Shown here piece after piece: positions 11,930-24,904 of a DNA stretch of 64,000 bases; position 1 is the stretch's first letter, and the number at the start of each line of letters is the position of its first letter. The notes under the pieces are model-generated. The model did not search any database, had not been told where the DNA came from, and was given only the letters and a program-made list of their open reading frames with translations. The DNA is from Cirrosporium novae-zelandiae. Its lineage: Eukaryota. The DNA is taken from the NCBI GenBank assembly GCA_026023565.1, contig JAPETS010000029.1:1-64000 (forward strand), read 5' to 3'. The position numbers and the translations under genes were made by a program.

Positions 11930-14146
11930 ATGCATATCTCTTTCCAGAGCCTGTTGGCTATTGCAGCAGCCCTGCCAACTTTGACCTCAGCCATCCCGTA
12001 CTCCGAATATATTATTGCCCCTAATTCGAGGATCATTCATCCAGCTTCTGTTTACAAAGTCAATGGCACCGTCACTGACGCAGAGAGTCTAGCCAGCAAC
12101 ATAACTGGCAATGCGACCTTCAAGGATGTCTCTGCCGTCACTTATGATTATGGAAAGAATATAGCCGGACGAGTATCTCTGACCATTGGCTCTGTCTCTG
12201 ACGTAGATCAGTACATTGGAGTCACCTTTACGGAAAGCTCGAAATGGATATCTGGAGAAAGCTGTGATGCCACTGCCGATGCAGGTGACGACTCTGCCAT
12301 ATGGTTTCATGTGACTGGCCCTGGTGTCTATACTCCTCCTAAAGACAAACTGAGAGGAGGGTTTCGATACCTGAGCCTTGTCCATAACTCTACTGGAACG
12401 GTATATGTCACGGGCGTTTCTACTAACTTTACTGCTATGCCGCATGTAACGGAGGAAGGCCTGAGGAATTATACTGGGTATTTCCATTGTGATGATGAGA
12501 AACTTAACAAAGTGTGGTATGCTGGTAAGTCAATCCCCGAGGAGTTTCTCTTTGAGGCCTCCAGCAAAATATTTATTTCAATTCTACTGGTATTACTATT
12601 AGAAGGCTGGGTGGGAGCAAAATATAAATATCTGAAGACCTAATTCCTATCCTGGATTGAACACTCATAACTATTTGTTATTGTTCGTTGCGCTAATACA
12701 CCAACAGGAGCATATACAAACCAAATGTGCACGATCGATCCTACGACGGGAAATGCTCTTGTACATCCTGATATCACCTTAACGGACAATATCTCATATC
12801 CTTTGACCTGGTACTACAACTACACCATTAGCAACGGCAGCAGTGTCATCACCGACGGGGCCAAGAGAGATCGTCTCATTTGGCCAGGAGATATGAGCAT
12901 TGCAGTCCCAAGTATCTTCGTCTCCACGCACGATCTCGTTTCAGTCCGCAACGGTCTAGATGCTCTGCTCATCCTGCAGAATGAGACTGGTCTATTTCCC
13001 TATGCATCAGAGCCATTCAACACCGAGCACCACGGCCAAAGCTATACCTACCACCTCCACACCATGATTGGCATGTATTTCTACTACATGTACACTGGCA
13101 ATCTTTCCTGGCTCTCAGAAAACTGGTCCCATTTCACACGCGCCATGGCCTATGCCCTCGAATCTGTCGATGACACTGGTCTCGCTAACCTTACCCTTAC
13201 AGCCGACTGGCTCCGTTTCGGGATGGGCGGCCACAACATCGAAGCTAATGCCATACTCTACTACGTCTTGGACTTTGCCCCAACTCTTGCCTCTGCCGTC
13301 AATGACACTGACACCACCACGATCTCTAACTGGACTACAACTGCCGCCTCCATCAAATCCGCTGCGAACTCCCTCCTGTATTCGGAAACTCTCGGTCTCT
13401 ACACCGACAACGAAACCACAACCCTTTGCCCTCAAGACGGCAACTCCTGGGCTGTCCTTGCAAACCTCACCCTCAGCGACGCCCAAGCAAGTAACATTTC
13501 CACCGCGCTCGCTGCCCGCTGGGGCCAATACGGTGCTCCAGCCCCCGAAGCCGACGAAACCGTGTCCCCTTTCATCAGCGGCTTCGAACTCAAGGCCCAT
13601 ATCTTCGCCTCTGCCGCACAAAACGCAATCGACCTTATCCGCTTCATGTGGTACGATTTCATGATGGACAGCGAGGAGATGACAAACTCCACATTTATTG
13701 AGGGTTACTCGACAGACGGAAGCATGCATTACGCGCCATACAACAATGACCCTCGAGTTAGCCATGCGCACGGCTGGTCCACTGGCCCCACAAGTGTGCT
13801 GACAAATTACATTGCCGGTATCGAGCTCACAGGTGTCATGGGTCAGACATGGACGATGAGACCTGCGCCAGGAAATCTTACTCAGATAGAGGCAGGATTC
13901 CAGACAGGACTAGGCTGGTTTGAAGCTAGTTATCTGAAAAACGGAACTGGCTTCACATACAACTTTGAAGCTCCATCAAGCACAACTGGCACACTCCGCG
14001 TGGAAGCACAGGAGTGCGCGGGTACGTTGGTGGCGAAGGGGCAAAGTGGGCAGATGGGAAAAGCGGTTAGTGTAGAGGAAGGGGAGATCACCAAGGTGGA
14101 AAGTTTAGAGGGGGGCAAATGGACAGTCAAGTTCATATGCAACTAA
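11930..14146 (+). CDS. Secreted alpha-L-rhamnosidase, glycoside hydrolase family 78, 2 exons
   Basis: Signal peptide MHISFQSLLAIAAALPTLTSA. GH78 motifs include RGGFRYL, DGAKRDRLIWPGD and SHAHGWSTGPT. The intron at about 12525-12707 rejoins WYAG|AYTNQMC. Confidence 0.92.
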
Positions 14147-14164
14147 TTTATAGAAGTCATATTG

Positions 14165-14200
14165 TGTATATAAATATGTATATAAATATGTATATAAATA
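14165..14200. repeat. 12-bp tandem repeat (TGTATATAAATA)x3 just after the GH78 stop
   Basis: Read directly from the sequence. Confidence 0.85.
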
Positions 14201-15620
14201 GCCTCACACATGGTCATGTGAAATGTGAAAATGAAATGTCATGAAATTTCCACAAGTTTGATACCTTTTTCTCTCTCCTTTTTTTATTATAGTAAACTAA
14301 AACGCATACCGTCTTCTCATCTCTTTTTCTTCTTCTTCTCCTTTTTTTATTTGCTTAGCCATCCATTCAATCAACCACCCTCTTCATCGTTATAATTTTT
14401 CTTTCTCACGGCACACATTTCTAAGCTTGGACATATATACACATATACATATAATAACACTTGGCTTATAGTGTGTGTGGCATGAAGGATGTGGTTGGTG
14501 GATACCTTGATCAGAGGAGAAAAATAATCTTATCGGAGGAGCGATGAGTAGGTGAGTAGGTGAGTGTAAAGGGGGGTGAAGAATTATGATAACGTTGTAT
14601 GGGTAAGAGGAGGGGGAGAAAGAAGAAATATATTGAAGGAATTTCTATTAGGGTCCTTGAATGTATGTATGTATGTATGTATATGTGCACCAAGAAGAGG
14701 AACATATAACATATTTGACTTCATGGATTGAATGGATGGATGGGGGGGGGGGGTAAATATTCGTAAGAATGGGTTTTTGGAGTGAGTTGAGGAAGAAGAA
14801 GGGTTAGTTATATATGGGTATGGACATGGGCATGAGCATAGGTGTGAATTTTGATTTGATTTGCTTGTTGTATTGGTTATGGTCATGGATATTCCTATTA
14901 ATAGTGTGTGCGGGGGGTGAGGTGTGATGAAGGAGTCATGAAATATTTCCAGGAGAGGGGATAGATGATGGATATTCATCTGAACGTTCTCCATGTTGTC
15001 TTCGCTGCCCTTGTTATTCTTCGTCATCTTTTGCGGCTCAAGGGGTAATATAATGTTGGTGGAGGAGCTAAACTACGTGCACTCTCGACAACAATTTTTC
15101 AAATGAGGTGGGAGCCGTAGCCGCAGCCACAGCTGCAAACAATTGACTGTATAAAACCTGGTAGCGGCATATTAGCAATCCCTGGGAGGCCTTCTTCTCA
15201 GAATTCGCCGGGGGAATACACAAGACGAACACGATCTCAAACGGAGGGGGGGGGATGGGTCCTCCAAAGGGGTTGTAAAAATTGATTGATTTTCATGATG
15301 TCCTATTGAGATCCAGTTGCTCTTAACTTAAAAGTATCATCTATCCACCCAAACCAACAGGCGTTAAAATCATATTTCCAGTTCCTAATTGTGTGTGTTT
15401 TTTAACCCTAATTCGATCATAAGCCAGAATTGAAAACCAGAAAAAATGCATGTATGTAGTAGTAGTTACGCCGACACCATTTGATCCAGAGAAGTGACTC
15501 CATAAGACCACGGAAACGGAAAATATGTCCTCATACGCTTATTAAGTTGTGCCGCCCAGCCTTCTGGTTTTCTGTTATTTTTGGGGCCTAATTTAGGGCT
15601 GCTAAGAGACTATACAATGC

Positions 15621-16267
15621 TCAAACAGTTTCGTCCTCATAAACAAAGCGAATGTCCTTCGGGCTGAGCATGTTGCGCTTCACGAACTCTGCGTCCCCAG
15701 GAGGTCGTTCGTTTTTGGTATTTCCGGTTAGCATGCTTTGAATCGACATGCAGACGCTTTCCACAGACTGGACAGGGGACCAGCCTTGGGAGCCTAACAA
15801 GTCAAGGCATATTATCCCGTTCGAGTAGATATGTGGGTGGATGGGGATAGGGCGTGAAGGATCTGTCAGGGCGGTAAAGGTTACTTCAGGAGCTTCTGTG
15901 AATAGCAGATATGGTTAGAATGCTGTCAGGTCGATGGGCAAGGAAACACATACCGATGGGATAGTTGCTGCTAAACCGGAACTTGAGTCGGTATATTTGG
16001 CCTGCGTAGAGAGGATTGCTGTCGAGTACTCGAATGTCCATGTGCCATTCTTTAAAATTGTCGGCGGAGACTAGGCTGATGCCTGGGGGAAGATGTTCAT
16101 GCATCTAGAATATGCTAGATTAGATGGAGGGCCTAATGGCGAAATCAGGAGGGAGTGAGCACACCTTTGAAAGTTCCTGTAGATCTAATTAGCATTACAT
16201 TCTGAAAGAGATATCGGAAGAGGTACTATGCGAAGCTTACCTTACCAAGACGTCTGGTAGCGAACAT
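15621..16267 (-). CDS. UBE2W: Ubiquitin-conjugating enzyme E2, UBE2W-like, 4 exons including a 12-nt microexon (16165-16176)
   Basis: The spliced product reads MFATRRLGK|ELSK|MHEHLPPG..YPI|EAPEV..HPHIYSNGIICLDLL..WSPVQSVESVCMSIQSML..VYEDETV*. HPH replacing HPN is typical of UBE2W. Confidence 0.88.
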
Positions 16268-18424
16268 GATTGCTGGCTTTCTCTCTGCTACGTATAAAAC
16301 CGCCTGGTTAAGGAGGAGAGAAAGGATTAAGGATGATGAAGGAGGAATCGACTCTTTGAGAGGATAGCCTTCTAGAAAGTTCCTGAGATATGGCAGGAAT
16401 GGTTCTTTGAGTGCGGATAATGGAATATTAAGAATCGAATGTCGAGGAAGTAACACTGGTAGGTCAATAGTTCACCAAGTTATAAAACCAGCTAGCTAGC
16501 TTCAGTCACCTGGTCATTAACTTTAAAGTATGCATGCACATCATTCAGTTGGGGGGAACCAATTGTGATTTTTATCCAAGCGAGAAATAGTCCATTCAAT
16601 TCACTTTAATAACCCCCTGCTGGTTTTAAGAGAAAAGGAAGTGAAGAATTAGGGCGATAGGATGGTTTGGGTGTACTTGATGACGGACCGTTACAACAAC
16701 ACCGAGAGTCCACCAAGTCGTCATATTGGGAACGCCAAGGATTTCTGACTTGGGGGAAACGATCCACAACTTTCTTTTCCTGCTCTATTTCCTCTTCCTT
16801 TCAACCATCTATGAATGCATGATGGAATCAATTGAAGCAATAACATGTTTATACGTTTTTTTGAATCCTTCCAGTTATCATTATGAATGGAGACGAACAT
16901 TTTAGCTTGTGTACCCATCACATCTATGAGTCATGACTCTTATCTTCTCTTTATTTTGCAAACCTCTAACTACTTTGTACTGTCTATGAAATCAATAATA
17001 CATTCAACTTCATTATTTCTGTGAGGCAATGCATATCCTGCCATGAGCTTTCTTCTTTCATTTATCGGGATTGAGAGCAAATTCTTACATGATATCGCTG
17101 TGGTTTATTCTCTTTATAGCTGGTAGGTTCACAACCTATAAATCCTTACTGGATATATTAATAACGCTGAATAAGATCACTGGCTGGACGCTATTAGTTG
17201 ATGGTAGACTCGAAGCGTTTCTGAACTTGGCACAATAAGCAAAGCAGCACCGCTTGGTCGTTGTTCTAAGAGTACTGAGGCATGCAGAGACTTAGAACAA
17301 TCCTCAACATGAATAATGCTTTCTTGCACATACCCTAAATCAGTGGATCCCAGCCGTGCATTTGATATTAAGTATCTTACAGGAAACCGGACGCTCGTGG
17401 ATGAGCATCCTACACGCGGCTGTCATGCCAACATACATATATAAACTCTAACATACTTTTTGTTGAGATTGATCGGATGACTTAGATTGGGAATGGGAAG
17501 AGCTGTTGATGGTTAACGCTCTGGGTCCTGGGTCCCTTAATTGAGTTCCTGGCTATATATATAGATATATTCCCAACAAAATGATATACTAAATATAACA
17601 CTACAAATGAACTTCTAACATAGTATCTTAGTAATAAAATCTCCCAAAAAAAAGCCCTAGGACTTCCCAAAGGAAACCCTTAGCCCTATCTCTTCCCTAT
17701 CGTGCCTCTAAAGATATCTATCCCTCACTTAGCGTAAAATGTCTCTCAGAAAGCCAGTTAGGCGCCCAATCTTCACGTAAGTCCAAGGCGCGTGCAGCCG
17801 AGAAAAGATGGAAAAAGTATCGACCATCAAAGGCCAAGATTGATAGTAGCTAAAAACGGCGAAAACGTACGACAAATTATGTTGTGTCATCCTGTCGTTT
17901 TTCTGCCGGGCATGCGGCCAAGGGTCTTTCGGCCTTCCCAGTGAGGTGAGTCAAAAGCTCCTGGGACAAATTGCCGTCTAGTTAGAGATGGTTCTTTAAG
18001 ATAAAAAGGTTGTTCCGACGGCTGGCTTCGAGCTCTCATAGCCGTGAACTGATACTAGTTCTTATTCTTACATTCCTCACTTTCACACTGATACATTGTA
18101 CTACTTTCATATCTACGATTGTCTCGTTGGTAAGGATCCCTTGTCTTCCGCAGCCTGGCGTGACTGGTCGCGAACTCTCCTCACGTTTTTTCATGTACGT
18201 CATACATACACACATACATACCCTTGGCAAATCTGTGACTGTAGAAACGAAAAAAAGAATACACACTGCTCTTTCTTGTACATGGATGCAGAATTTTCAA
18301 TTAGTTCTAACTCTCTCCAGAAATTAAACACGGCTTCTAATCATTCAGTCCCAGCGATAGACAAGGCCTCGATATCCGAATCAATATACCCAATTCCCAC
18401 CAACAGCCCATCCATCCAGCCATC

Positions 18425-19159
18425 ATGACAGACACCGCAATCGAGCCCAAAGCCCCTATTGTCTCCCACGGCCGCGGAGGTAAGTTATCCAACACTAACA
18501 TCATCTCTCCTCACTTAAAGACTCTGCAAAGAAAAAAAAGCTAATCCCAACGCCCTTAGGAGCTGCAAACATAGGACCCGATGCAACCCCGTACAGGCCA
18601 GCGAAATCCTTTCTTCCATGGACCCTATAATCACTAACACGCCTCCTTGCTAGCTACGTCGACGCTTCTATTCGTCGTGAGGGACCCGAGGGCGATCAAG
18701 GCGACGGCGCTTACTCCGCAGGCGTATGTCCACTCACTTACACCATGCATCCCCCTCCCATATATTTTCCCTTGGCCTATGGATTACTTATATCATTCTC
18801 AAATGAATACTGACATCCACAGCGCGGCGGCGCCGGAAACATCGGGTCCCCCCGTTTAAAACCCCAAGAAATCACGCCCCACGATAAGGACGTCGTACCC
18901 GAAGTAGCTATGCGACCCTCAATGGAAAACGAGAATTATCATACCGGGGTGGGTACTTTGCGACATTCCATATCCTGTCCCCCCTCGCAAAAAAAAAAAA
19001 AACAGGAAATTAATCAAACTAACTATTTTTTTGCCGTAGCGCGGAGGTGAAGGGAATGTCCATCTTGCCGATAAGCGATCCACGACGCCGAAGCATGATG
19101 GGTTAGCGGATAAATTGAAGCATAAGCTTTTTTTCTCGTTGAGCGGGAAGAAGAAATAA
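18425..19159 (+). CDS. Small GRGGAGNI-repeat protein (DUF3602/Par32-like), 5 exons, absent from the ORF track
   Basis: The spliced product reads MTDTAIEPKAPIVSHGRG|GAANIGPDATP|YVDASIRREG..AYSAG|RGGAGNIGSP..YHTG|RGGEGNVH..GLADKLKHKLF..KKK*. Confidence 0.85.
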
Positions 19160-19971
19160 GGAGGGAGTTGGAAGTATACCTAAGCCAGCTAGCTTCCTAG
19201 ATGGAAATAGGAGTGGCTTGGGGTGTCTGTTGGTCGTAAACGTGCCTTGGAGTCTCTAGGGGTTCTAATGAGTTGAGGGGGATTATATATATGTCATTTA
19301 ACGATGATGATGTGTGTATGCGACGCCTTGGGGGGATTGAGTTATTGCGGCGCGGGAAGTTGATATATCATAGTTGTAGGAAAGCTCCCAATCTATCCTG
19401 AATGTTTATACAAACAGATTCTAGCTTCAAGGGGTTGGATTCGAGTTGATTAATTTGAACGAGATTTATCATTTTAAAGGGTTTTTTTTTAAAAGAAAAT
19501 GAGAGAGGCATTACTTCCGGGTGGGCTTTTAAGATCTTCTCATTTTCTATCCAAACACATACCATACCCGTATATTCACCCAGCACCTAGCCCCGTCCAC
19601 GTACATAATAATAGGACAGTCAGCTATTCCAGCCAAAGAAAATGACCTCTTGGATGGTAAACATTACAAGTTTTAACCAGCCCGTTTATCCCACAGCTCG
19701 AATAAAAGGGCGAATAAAAAAACGAGCGCAGGCTCTGATCTCAGATAAAATATCCTCCGCAGATAGAATAGTCAAAACGCCGGTGATCTCAATCTCCCAA
19801 CCAACGCCATGCAGAAATAAAAAATAAAAAATAAACAGTACAGTTCTCTCGAAAGGAAGCATCGTCACATATATCCCAAAACGCCGTTGCTAAAAGAAAG
19901 CCTTTTCCCTATGTCCATAATCCATCCTGTATCCGCTATGTCACATGTACAATTATCCATTAAATGTAATT

Positions 19972-21461
19972 CTAGGAGTAGAATCCACTTTTCTGGAAGC
20001 TTTCAACTGTAACGTCACCCATCTTGCTGCTGACGGCTGGTGGCTTCCCGGGATTTCCTTTCAGACTCGCCGTGCTCTCGGTAGTCAAAGTGTGCGTCCG
20101 GCTGTTGGCTGAGCTTACAGGTGCACTTTGGCTCCCCGTACTTGTTGCCGCTTGGATGGCAGCAGGAGAAGAGCGTCGTTGGATTGTTTCTAAGTATGGA
20201 CTGGGTAGATATCCAACTCGACCGTCTCGTGCTCTACAACGCCACCATTCGGAAGGGTTTCCTATAGGATCTGTCTTGCTGAGAACAGCAACAAGGTCTC
20301 CCTTCTTGACAGGAAGATCAATTCCCTCAACAGCGGAGCCGTCAGCAGGAGTGTAGTCATAAGCAACGCGACAGAAGTCCAGTTTTGTAGGGTCAAGAGG
20401 TTGAGATTCATTAACTCCAACGAGTTGTTGATGTCTCTTTGCTTCTTCCTCTTGGGAGCGCGCGAGAGCACGGATCAGTTTACCCATCAAGTAAGGAAGG
20501 CCGAAGACGGCAACGAGGAACATGATGAAGGGTTTTCGGGAGGGACGAGCTGAAGAGGAGCCACCAGAGCTCGATTTTCCTTGAAAAGCGGCGAAGGCCG
20601 AGGGAGTGAGAGATGTGGCATCAGCGGGCAGAGGACGTCCTGTAAGTCTGGCAAAGAGTGTACGCATCCAACGCATGATTGTGAATATACCAAGCACAGA
20701 CCCGAGGGTATTGCGTAGATTTCCAAACTGCTCGGCAACGGAAACCATTGCTGTGCAAGGTTATGTGAGTGAGATATCTCTAAACAAGTTCATCGATTGA
20801 CTTACCAAAGAAAGAACTGTGAGTTGCCATGTAAGTGCTTTCAAGCATTTGTGCAAATCCGCCAAACGCGCCGACAATACTCTCAATTAATTGAAAGGTT
20901 GCTTGTGTGCTTTGGTTGAAGGAATTGGTCAAGCTGTTGGGATCATTTGGGTCTCCTTGTCTCCCTCCATACATTCCTCCCATACCTCCCATGCTCCCCA
21001 TGCCTCCCATGCCTCCCATACCCCCATAAAGACCACCATACCCACCATAGCTTCCCATTCCACCGAGGCGTGAATATGGGGAGCTGTAGCTGTTAAGCCC
21101 ACCATATCCACTATAACCACCACCAAAACTACCGTATGGAGAATTGTAGGGGGAGTAATTTGAGGCAGTTCGGTTCACAACAGCATTTAGCGTAGATGGC
21201 CGAGAAGGTAACGAAGGAGGATTCGACGAGGAAGTTGAAGCTGTGGTTGGTGGAACCGAAGTGGATGATGCTGATGATGTCGTAGCCATTGTAGCTGGCG
21301 ACGAGGTGGCTCCAGGTGTAGATGATAGCGCTGTTAGGAAGGTTAGGTCAGTTACTAGGCCATTTTTGCGATCTCGACGTGCTCCAATGGTATATCGGAT
21401 GAGCCAACTCACCAGCAGCTCCACCTCTCTCCCAAGGCTTTGGCGGAGAGGCCGTTGCCAT
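19972..21461 (-). CDS. PEX13: Peroxin 13 (Peroxin-13_N and SH3 domains), 3 exons
   Basis: Starts MATASPPKPWER. Contains a Gly/Tyr-rich region, ATFQLIESIVGAFGGFAQMLESTYMATHSSFF and a C-terminal SH3 domain (YDY..WW..GYLP). Confidence 0.95.
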
Positions 21462-21960
21462 AGACTCGGTATTATAGTGCTCGCCTCGTTTTATTCTATT
21501 TTATTTTATTTTGGATAACTACCAGTTCGAACTGATAGTTCAATACGAGGATGACCAGAGAATAGAGGATTGAGGATTGGGATTATTGAGATTCAGGGAA
21601 AGTTGAAAATGTGGAGGCGGGGATTACACGGCATTGATGAAAGGGAGTTTTGAGCCAATTCCGAGGGAGAAACAAAAGACCGGATTGGATTCGCCATTTG
21701 GGGGGTTTTTTTTTTCACCGAGGTTAATAAACAATCGGTCGACAGCTGAGCCTACCTGCGCTTAAGCTCGGGCTACCTGAATTTTGATGCCGACTGGCCT
21801 ACTTCAAACTCTGTAATTTAAGCATGTAATAGTAGTACAACAATACAAGGACATAACAATAATAAAAAAATAATTACTACAACGCTGTCAGACTATAGCG
21901 ATATCTTTAAACCAAAAGGACGTAATTATCCGCTTGTTATTAAATAGGCAGTCTATTTAG

Positions 21961-22020
21961 TTATTATATTAGAATTAGTTTTGAGCATAGAACTTTTTTA
22001 CGGAATATCCAGTTAGTACC
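21961..22020. repeat. Dispersed repeat relic, copy A (pairs with 33361-33420)
   Basis: 47/60 ungapped identity to 33361-33420. Ten of the 13 differences are transitions. Confidence 0.7.
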
Positions 22021-22932
22021 TTTTCTTCTATCTTTTTTCCAATATAAATCGTAAAGATCCGAGTTTGTGAGTCCTAATTATTTGGGACCAGCTTGGTTAG
22101 TCTACTTATCTAGATAATTACTGTATTTGTCCCTTAAGCACATGCTATGTCGACACCTTATTAGGTATCCATTATACGAACCTACAGACTACAACACCAC
22201 TCTCTGCTTTCAGAAACAACTCTCATCACCACCTTTCATCTCTCTCGCCCTTGCTTAATTCAATCCCTGTCGCGACTCTCCCCATTAGCGCTCCAACTTG
22301 GCCCTTTTTTAGATTATCCAACTATAATTTGTATATGGTAAGTCAGCTTTCTATCTCTGGTTCTATATTGAGGCTGGGGAGGTGCTCTGTTCCGCGTCCC
22401 CATTCCTTTGGCTATATCCACCAGTATCTTTGCCAGCTACTATCCGACAAACTTAGTCGCAAAGGTTGGATTCACTAAACGTCCTTTTCATCACCTATAC
22501 AATTGCGATTTAGAGATTATTTTGAATTGAGTCACGCCACATCACCCCATTCAATATCAATTGCAACGGAATAACAGGCAGGCAAGCAATTGTGTACTCA
22601 TGCAGTGTCCCTTGCTCGTCAATTTAAATCTGCAAGTTATGATACTGCAGCCGATATTTTTCTCTACGATCCACTGGAACGTCCTGGCTGAATTTGCCGC
22701 ATATTTTGCCGCATTACCTTTGTCGCACGATCTTTACCATCTGACTTCACAGTTACTTTTATCTTATTTTATCCAACCTGCTAATTACTGAAATACATTT
22801 TAGATACCTCTTCTCAAGAGATTGATAGAATATTAGAAAGCGGAAATAGCAAATTTGCGGATCTATATTTACTCCTCTACCACATCCAATCTTTTCGATT
22901 TAGCACCCCCTGCAGAACCCTCTCAGTTCACA

Positions 22933-23898
22933 ATGCCTTCTCCAGCACCACGAGGGTTAGAAGCCCGAGAAATCGAGACCAGAGCCAAAGCTCTCCAAAA
23001 GGCCTTTCACGATAAGGCTCCTGCTCCACATATCATTACAATAATGCGAGAGCTGAAGGAAGGGGTTGTGGCCACGGAAGAAGTGTTGAGGGTTACTAAA
23101 GTTGGAGTCATCGTTAACCGAATGAAACACCATCAAAATCCTGAGGTCACAAAGCTAGCGTCTGAGATTGTATCGAAATGGCGAGGGGATGTCGAAAGGC
23201 GGAAGAAGAGTGGAACGCCAAGTTCAAGTCGGGTTAATGGTACAGGATCTTCTTCAGCTTCTACACCAACCGCGGAGAAAAAGTTCTACGTCGCTCCAGA
23301 TAAAAGAAGTTGGAAAGCAGATGGCGTGGATATCAGTCGAACCGGAGACAGAAGCAGGGATGCGTGTATTGGCCTACTGTATGACGGCTTATGCCTAAAC
23401 ACGGAAGCGGCACCTTCCGTTATCATGAGCCATGCCTTAAGTGTGGAAAAGGAAGCCCATGCGAAACATGGAACAGGTCCGGACTACAAATCGAAGATGC
23501 GCTCCCTTTACCAAAATCTTAAGAACAAGTCGAATCCCAAGCTTCGCATCCGTATCCTCAGTGGAGAAGTATCTGCCGCACGCTTCATCACAATGTCCCA
23601 CGACGAGCTCAAATCCGATCAGCATCGCGCCGAAGACGAAAAAATCAAACGAGAGAACTTGGACAAGGCTATGGTGGCAAAAGCCGAGAAGAGTATCAGT
23701 ACAAGCTTGTCGTGTGGAAAGTGTGGACAGAAGAAAGTCAGCTACAGTCAAGCGCAGACCCGAAGTGCTGATGAACCTATGACAACGTTCTGCGAGTGTA
23801 CTATCTGCGGAAATCGCTGGAAGGTTAGTATGCTAATCCTGGAGCTGGAATATATCTTCCGATGGCTGATGACAATTGAATAATAACAGTTTTCGTGA
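22933..23898 (+). CDS. DST1: Transcription elongation factor TFIIS, 2 coding exons
   Basis: Zinc ribbon CGKC..QAQTRSADEPMTTFCECTICGNRWK|FS*. The final intron is at 23824-23889. Confidence 0.95.
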
Positions 23899-24509
23899 GC
23901 AATGTACGCTTATGCTTATTTCGAATCAGGGCTTGTTCTTATGCTACATCATTCTATTTCTGTCTGTTTGTCTGTCCGCCCCTGGACTGGCTGAGAGCTT
24001 TTGGTTTTCTATGGGACGCGTATGGAGAATAAGATCCAAAGGACGGAAAATAAGCAGTAGGATTTATAGCAGGCTGCAAACCCTGTCTCGAGGTTCTAGA
24101 GAGGAACACACCTCGACTTGTACTATTGAGATTTCACTTACTAATCTCAAAAGAAGGCGTTTCTTAGGCGTTGTAGCAGAATTTTTTTGTGGAAGGAAAG
24201 AAGATCTCTGGCGTTTCCTTTAGTGATGAGGGCAGGAACGAAAGCTTCTGAAATGGGTAAAAGAAGTTGCTTCTGCTTACCGGAATGGGGTAATATGTTT
24301 TACCATGCTAGCAATTGATTCACGCTAAAAAGCGTCATGGGGTCTATGAGATATCTTGACTGGATTGTTGGTTGCAAAGGGAAGGAGAGAGATTCGGTGA
24401 TAGTCGCAAAGAGCGAGAGAGAGTAAGAGAAATACCCAGCTTTAACTTTTTCTTTTTCTTGTATGTTATGTATGTTATTTGAAGATTTAGGTCCTTTTAA
24501 GATAAAGGA

Positions 24510-24573
24510 TAGAGAGGCTGGTCGGGTCTATGGACAGCCCTAGTGCTGTCCATAGACCCGACCAGCCTCTCTA
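24510..24573. repeat. Perfect palindrome with 29-bp arms and 6-nt spacer, TA at both ends (MITE-like)
   Basis: TAGAGAGGCTGGTCGGGTCTATGGACAGC-CCTAGT-GCTGTCCATAGACCCGACCAGCCTCTCTA. Confidence 0.9.
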
Positions 24574-24904
24574 CATTATTATGCGTTTATCCATTGCCAC
24601 TTCTGGATTTGGTGAGGGGATTGGGCGGGGAGAGCGCTCCCTTTGATATTCTAGAGTTTCAGCTCGAGAGAAAAAATGTTTTGTATAAAATATACAGTAA
24701 TAAGGTGAGGAACGGAATGTAGATAGTATTCCTTCCTCCTTTTTTGTCTTCATACATTCATCCATACAAATACCAAAGACGTCCAAGCGTGCGTGGGTCC
24801 CCTACACAGAATGACAATTCTATTTCAACCAACCTTCCTCGTTATCTCGTCAAGGGATCTAATCCCTGCCCATATCCATATCCATATCGACACCTACCTA
24901 TACT

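Noticed and set aside
13068..13771. Long overlapping alternative-frame and antisense ORFs in the GH78 gene
   Set aside because: Expected from strong C-ending codon bias. They show no independent protein features.
14584..15027. 147-aa minus-strand ORF
   Set aside because: It runs through microsatellites and a G12 tract and is low-complexity, with no recognisable domain.
15403..15411. TAACCCTAA, identical to a 1.5-repeat telomerase RNA template
   Set aside because: A roughly 2-kb plus-strand TER here would run antisense through the E2 gene. No pseudoknot or CR4/5 was recognised, and a 9-mer can occur by chance or be a Tbf1-type site.
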